Shown here: piece after piece, positions 62,405-64,000 of the stretch | Position numbering within the stretch: position 1 is the first letter of the stretch | Layout: every line of letters starts with the position of its first letter | From: a virus | IMG/VR virus record: IMGVR_UViG_3300029904_000002 | Location: 1 to 64,000 of that record | DNA length: 64,000 bases | Direction: 5' to 3' (one strand) | Translations under genes and position numbers: made by a program | The notes under the pieces: generated by a model | What the model saw: the letters and a program-made list of their open reading frames with translations, nothing else | Told to the model about the DNA's origin: nothing | Database searches by the model: none

Positions 62405-63167
62405 AAATCAAAAATCTGCTATGGATCAGCTTAAACAACTTGGACAATCTGATAGACACAGTGTCATGATTGAAGGACTTGAAGGATGTGGAAAAACTAC
62501 ATTGGCACAAACTTACAAACATCTTGTAGCGTGTTCTGATTTTACACTTGTTGAGCCAAATGTCCAAGCTTTAAGGAATGCAATAGATAGTTGTTATAAC
62601 CTATCTACAAAATCATTGATATGCATTGAAAACTTAGATTCAGGTGTAGCTGCAGCATCTTATACAATACTGAAATTTCTAGAGGAGCCAGCTGAAAACA
62701 TCTATATTGTTGTGACTTGCAGAAATAGATACAGAATTCCAGATACAATAATTAGTAGAAGCACCGTGGTGACAATAGATCCTCCAACTACCCAATCAAT
62801 AATAGAATATGTCGATTATAAATATCCTGATGAAGGTATTAAGTCTCATAGCTTGTTTCGATGTATAAAAACATTTTCTGATGTAGATAGAGTAGCTCAA
62901 ATGAATAAAGATCAGATAGACTATTTTCAAACGTTTTCTCATCTTGATTTCAGTGAGTCCGTGTCTAATATGGCATGGAAACTGATGCATTACCCTGATA
63001 ACACAGATTTGTATATACCATTTGTAATACGGTACATCATGAATCTGACGCATAATACACATGTACATAGATGTGGAGTAGAATGCTTAGATGATTTATC
63101 TACAGGAAGAATTGCTGCACATGCAGTTGTTAGCAAATTTTGTATGGATCTAAAGTATACGGAGTAG
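62394..63167 (+). CDS. clamp-loader delta-prime (HolB)-like AAA+ subunit
   Basis: ORF track 62358..63167; ATG 62394; GLEGCGKTT P-loop, SRSTVV sensor. Confidence 0.65.
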   Translation: MIFENQKSAMDQLKQLGQSDRHSVMIEGLEGCGKTTLAQTYKHLVACSDFTLVEPNVQALRNAIDSCYNLSTKSLICIENLDSGVAAASYTILKFLEEPAENIYIVVTCRNRYRIPDTIISRSTVVTIDPPTTQSIIEYVDYKYPDEGIKSHSLFRCIKTFSDVDRVAQMNKDQIDYFQTFSHLDFSESVSNMAWKLMHYPDNTDLYIPFVIRYIMNLTHNTHVHRCGVECLDDLSTGRIAAHAVVSKFCMDLKYTE

Positions 63168-63175
63168 TGATAAGT

Positions 63176-63532
63176 ATGGTTGGAGATATTTTCTTATTTA
63201 TTGTGTCAGGTATTTGCATATTGATGAACATTGCACTAGTTGGATCTATCATCAAAGTATCTGCTGCATATCAATCTATGCTTACTAAATATAATGATCT
63301 TGCAAATAAGTATAGTATTGCAGATCGTACTATAAGATCGTTGAAAGATGCATTGAAGCACAGCGAGTTCAAAAATTCATTTATACAATCGTTAAACATT
63401 GATTCTGTAGATGATACTGTATTAGACGCACTTAAAATTGCGATGAAACAATCTCATCCGGACAATGGAGGGTCCTCAGAAGACTTCATAAGATTTCGTG
63501 AAGCACTTAACAAGTACTCATCAAATCGTTAA
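63176..63532 (+). CDS. membrane-anchored J-domain-like (DjlA-like) protein
   Basis: ORF track 63140..63532; ATG 63176; N-terminal TM IFLFIVSGICILMNIALVGSII; C-term LKIAMKQSHPDNGGSSEDFIRFREALNKY with an HPD tripeptide. Confidence 0.55.
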   Translation: MVGDIFLFIVSGICILMNIALVGSIIKVSAAYQSMLTKYNDLANKYSIADRTIRSLKDALKHSEFKNSFIQSLNIDSVDDTVLDALKIAMKQSHPDNGGSSEDFIRFREALNKYSSNR

Positions 63533-63535
63533 TAT
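63523..63535 (+). promoter_or_regulatory. gAATCGTTAt promoter-like motif copy (AAATCGTTAATAT)
   Basis: Overlaps the stop codon; 33 nt upstream of ATG 63568. Confidence 0.55.
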
Positions 63536-63567
63536 GTGTAGATATTTAAGAAGTGTGAGGTGTTTGT

Positions 63568-64000
63568 ATGAATATTGAGATATTTACATGTAGATCATCA
63601 TTTGATTTACATCTTTGGGATGATGATAGTAAGCTTCCAGAGTATAAATTAAAGATGTCAGATTTTCAAAATTTGATGCATTCAAGACATCCAAAATTGA
63701 TTTTTGAGCATGTTTATGATCGACTATGTAGATACTGGTCAGCTTGTAGTATTTCAGGATTTGATGAATCTGATACCATTGTGATTATAACATATCAAGA
63801 AGTGGTTTTTGACGCATGCACATTATTCATGAGCAATGTTAAGAAATATGATAGCAAAGATCAGCTACATATGAATGTACACGTAGTTGACAACCATCGG
63901 GAGCTATTCGTTGCAAGTGTAACATCTACAGGAAAGATGATTGCACCTGTAGGATCGGATTTTACTGAGATATTTGATTCATTTACATATGGAATGGATC
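63568..64000 (+). CDS. hypothetical protein, 3'-truncated by the window edge
   Basis: Own translation MNIEIFTCRSSFDLHLWDDDSKLPEYKLKM...; open to the last base; GTGAGGTG upstream. Confidence 0.55.
   Translation, partial: MNIEIFTCRSSFDLHLWDDDSKLPEYKLKMSDFQNLMHSRHPKLIFEHVYDRLCRYWSACSISGFDESDTIVIITYQEVVFDACTLFMSNVKKYDSKDQLHMNVHVVDNHRELFVASVTSTGKMIAPVGSDFTEIFDSFTYGMD

Noticed and set aside
10106-62567. Many short antisense or alternative-frame ORFs nested in long genes (for example 10106..10507 -, 20640..21047 -, 24901..25347 -, 29549..29821 -, 43479..43962 -, 57538..57792 -, 62796..63068 -).
   Set aside because: They lie fully inside strongly supported genes on the other strand or frame, lack SD sequences, and are typical of AT-rich or repeat-rich coding DNA.
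11510-63398. Intragenic occurrences of the bare ATCGTTA or ATCGTCA core (11431-11440, 11510-11516, 63386-63398, and a near-match GAATCGTGTAT at about 8683).
   Set aside because: They lie deep inside ORFs, are not preceded by hairpins, and mostly lack the flanking gA and A/T hexamer. I did not count them as promoter copies, although the 63386 copy could be an internal promoter.

Overview
This window is a contiguous piece of a large, AT-rich tailed dsDNA phage genome. The host looks like a low-GC Gram-positive (Firmicutes-type) bacterium, judging from GGAGG Shine-Dalgarno sites, a GH25/Cpl-7/LysM endolysin and a SpoIIID-like regulator. All genes are on the + strand except two (41238..41993 and 32258..32611). 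Layout: (1) 1-6300, a tRNA array with 19 elements carrying a canonical T-arm; 11 fold by hand into normal cloverleaves (Gln, Leu x3, Thr, Asn, Glu, Tyr, Asp, CAT, Ser) and 8 have aberrant or expanded anticodon domains, all separated by long ORF-free structured spacers and a few small ORFs. (2) 6300-17500, early and nucleotide-metabolism genes (Vsr-like homing endonuclease, NAD-dependent DNA ligase, ThyX, SpoIIID-like regulator, DHH/DHHA1 phosphoesterase). (3) 17500-32300, a receptor-binding and tail-fibre module (five proteins share one N-terminal adaptor motif, one carries an SGNH esterase) with an embedded endolysin, an internally deleted tyrosine-integrase relic and adhesin-like proteins. 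(4) 32700-39500, a 7-deazaguanine (queuosine precursor) operon folE-queD-queE-queC-queF with an embedded SDR reductase, flanked by a YhhQ-like transporter and a CxxCxxCC protein; I recognise no TGT/DpdA transglycosylase in the window. (5) 41994-43254, a 1.26-kb non-coding control region with sigma-A-type promoters and a roughly 145-nt multi-helix RNA that ends in a U-tract. (6) 43255-64000, the replication and recombination module (DnaB, primase, SSB, family-A polymerase, beta-clamp-like protein, tau/gamma-, delta- and delta-prime-like clamp loader, Cas4-like nuclease, RecA). The strongest non-protein signal is a 13-nt motif, gAATCGTTAtaat, at about 24 operon starts, which I read as a phage-specific promoter class. 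Everything here comes from reading the sequence and the ORF track by eye. No similarity search or folding program was run, so family names rest on recognised sequence motifs and RNA folds are hand folds.
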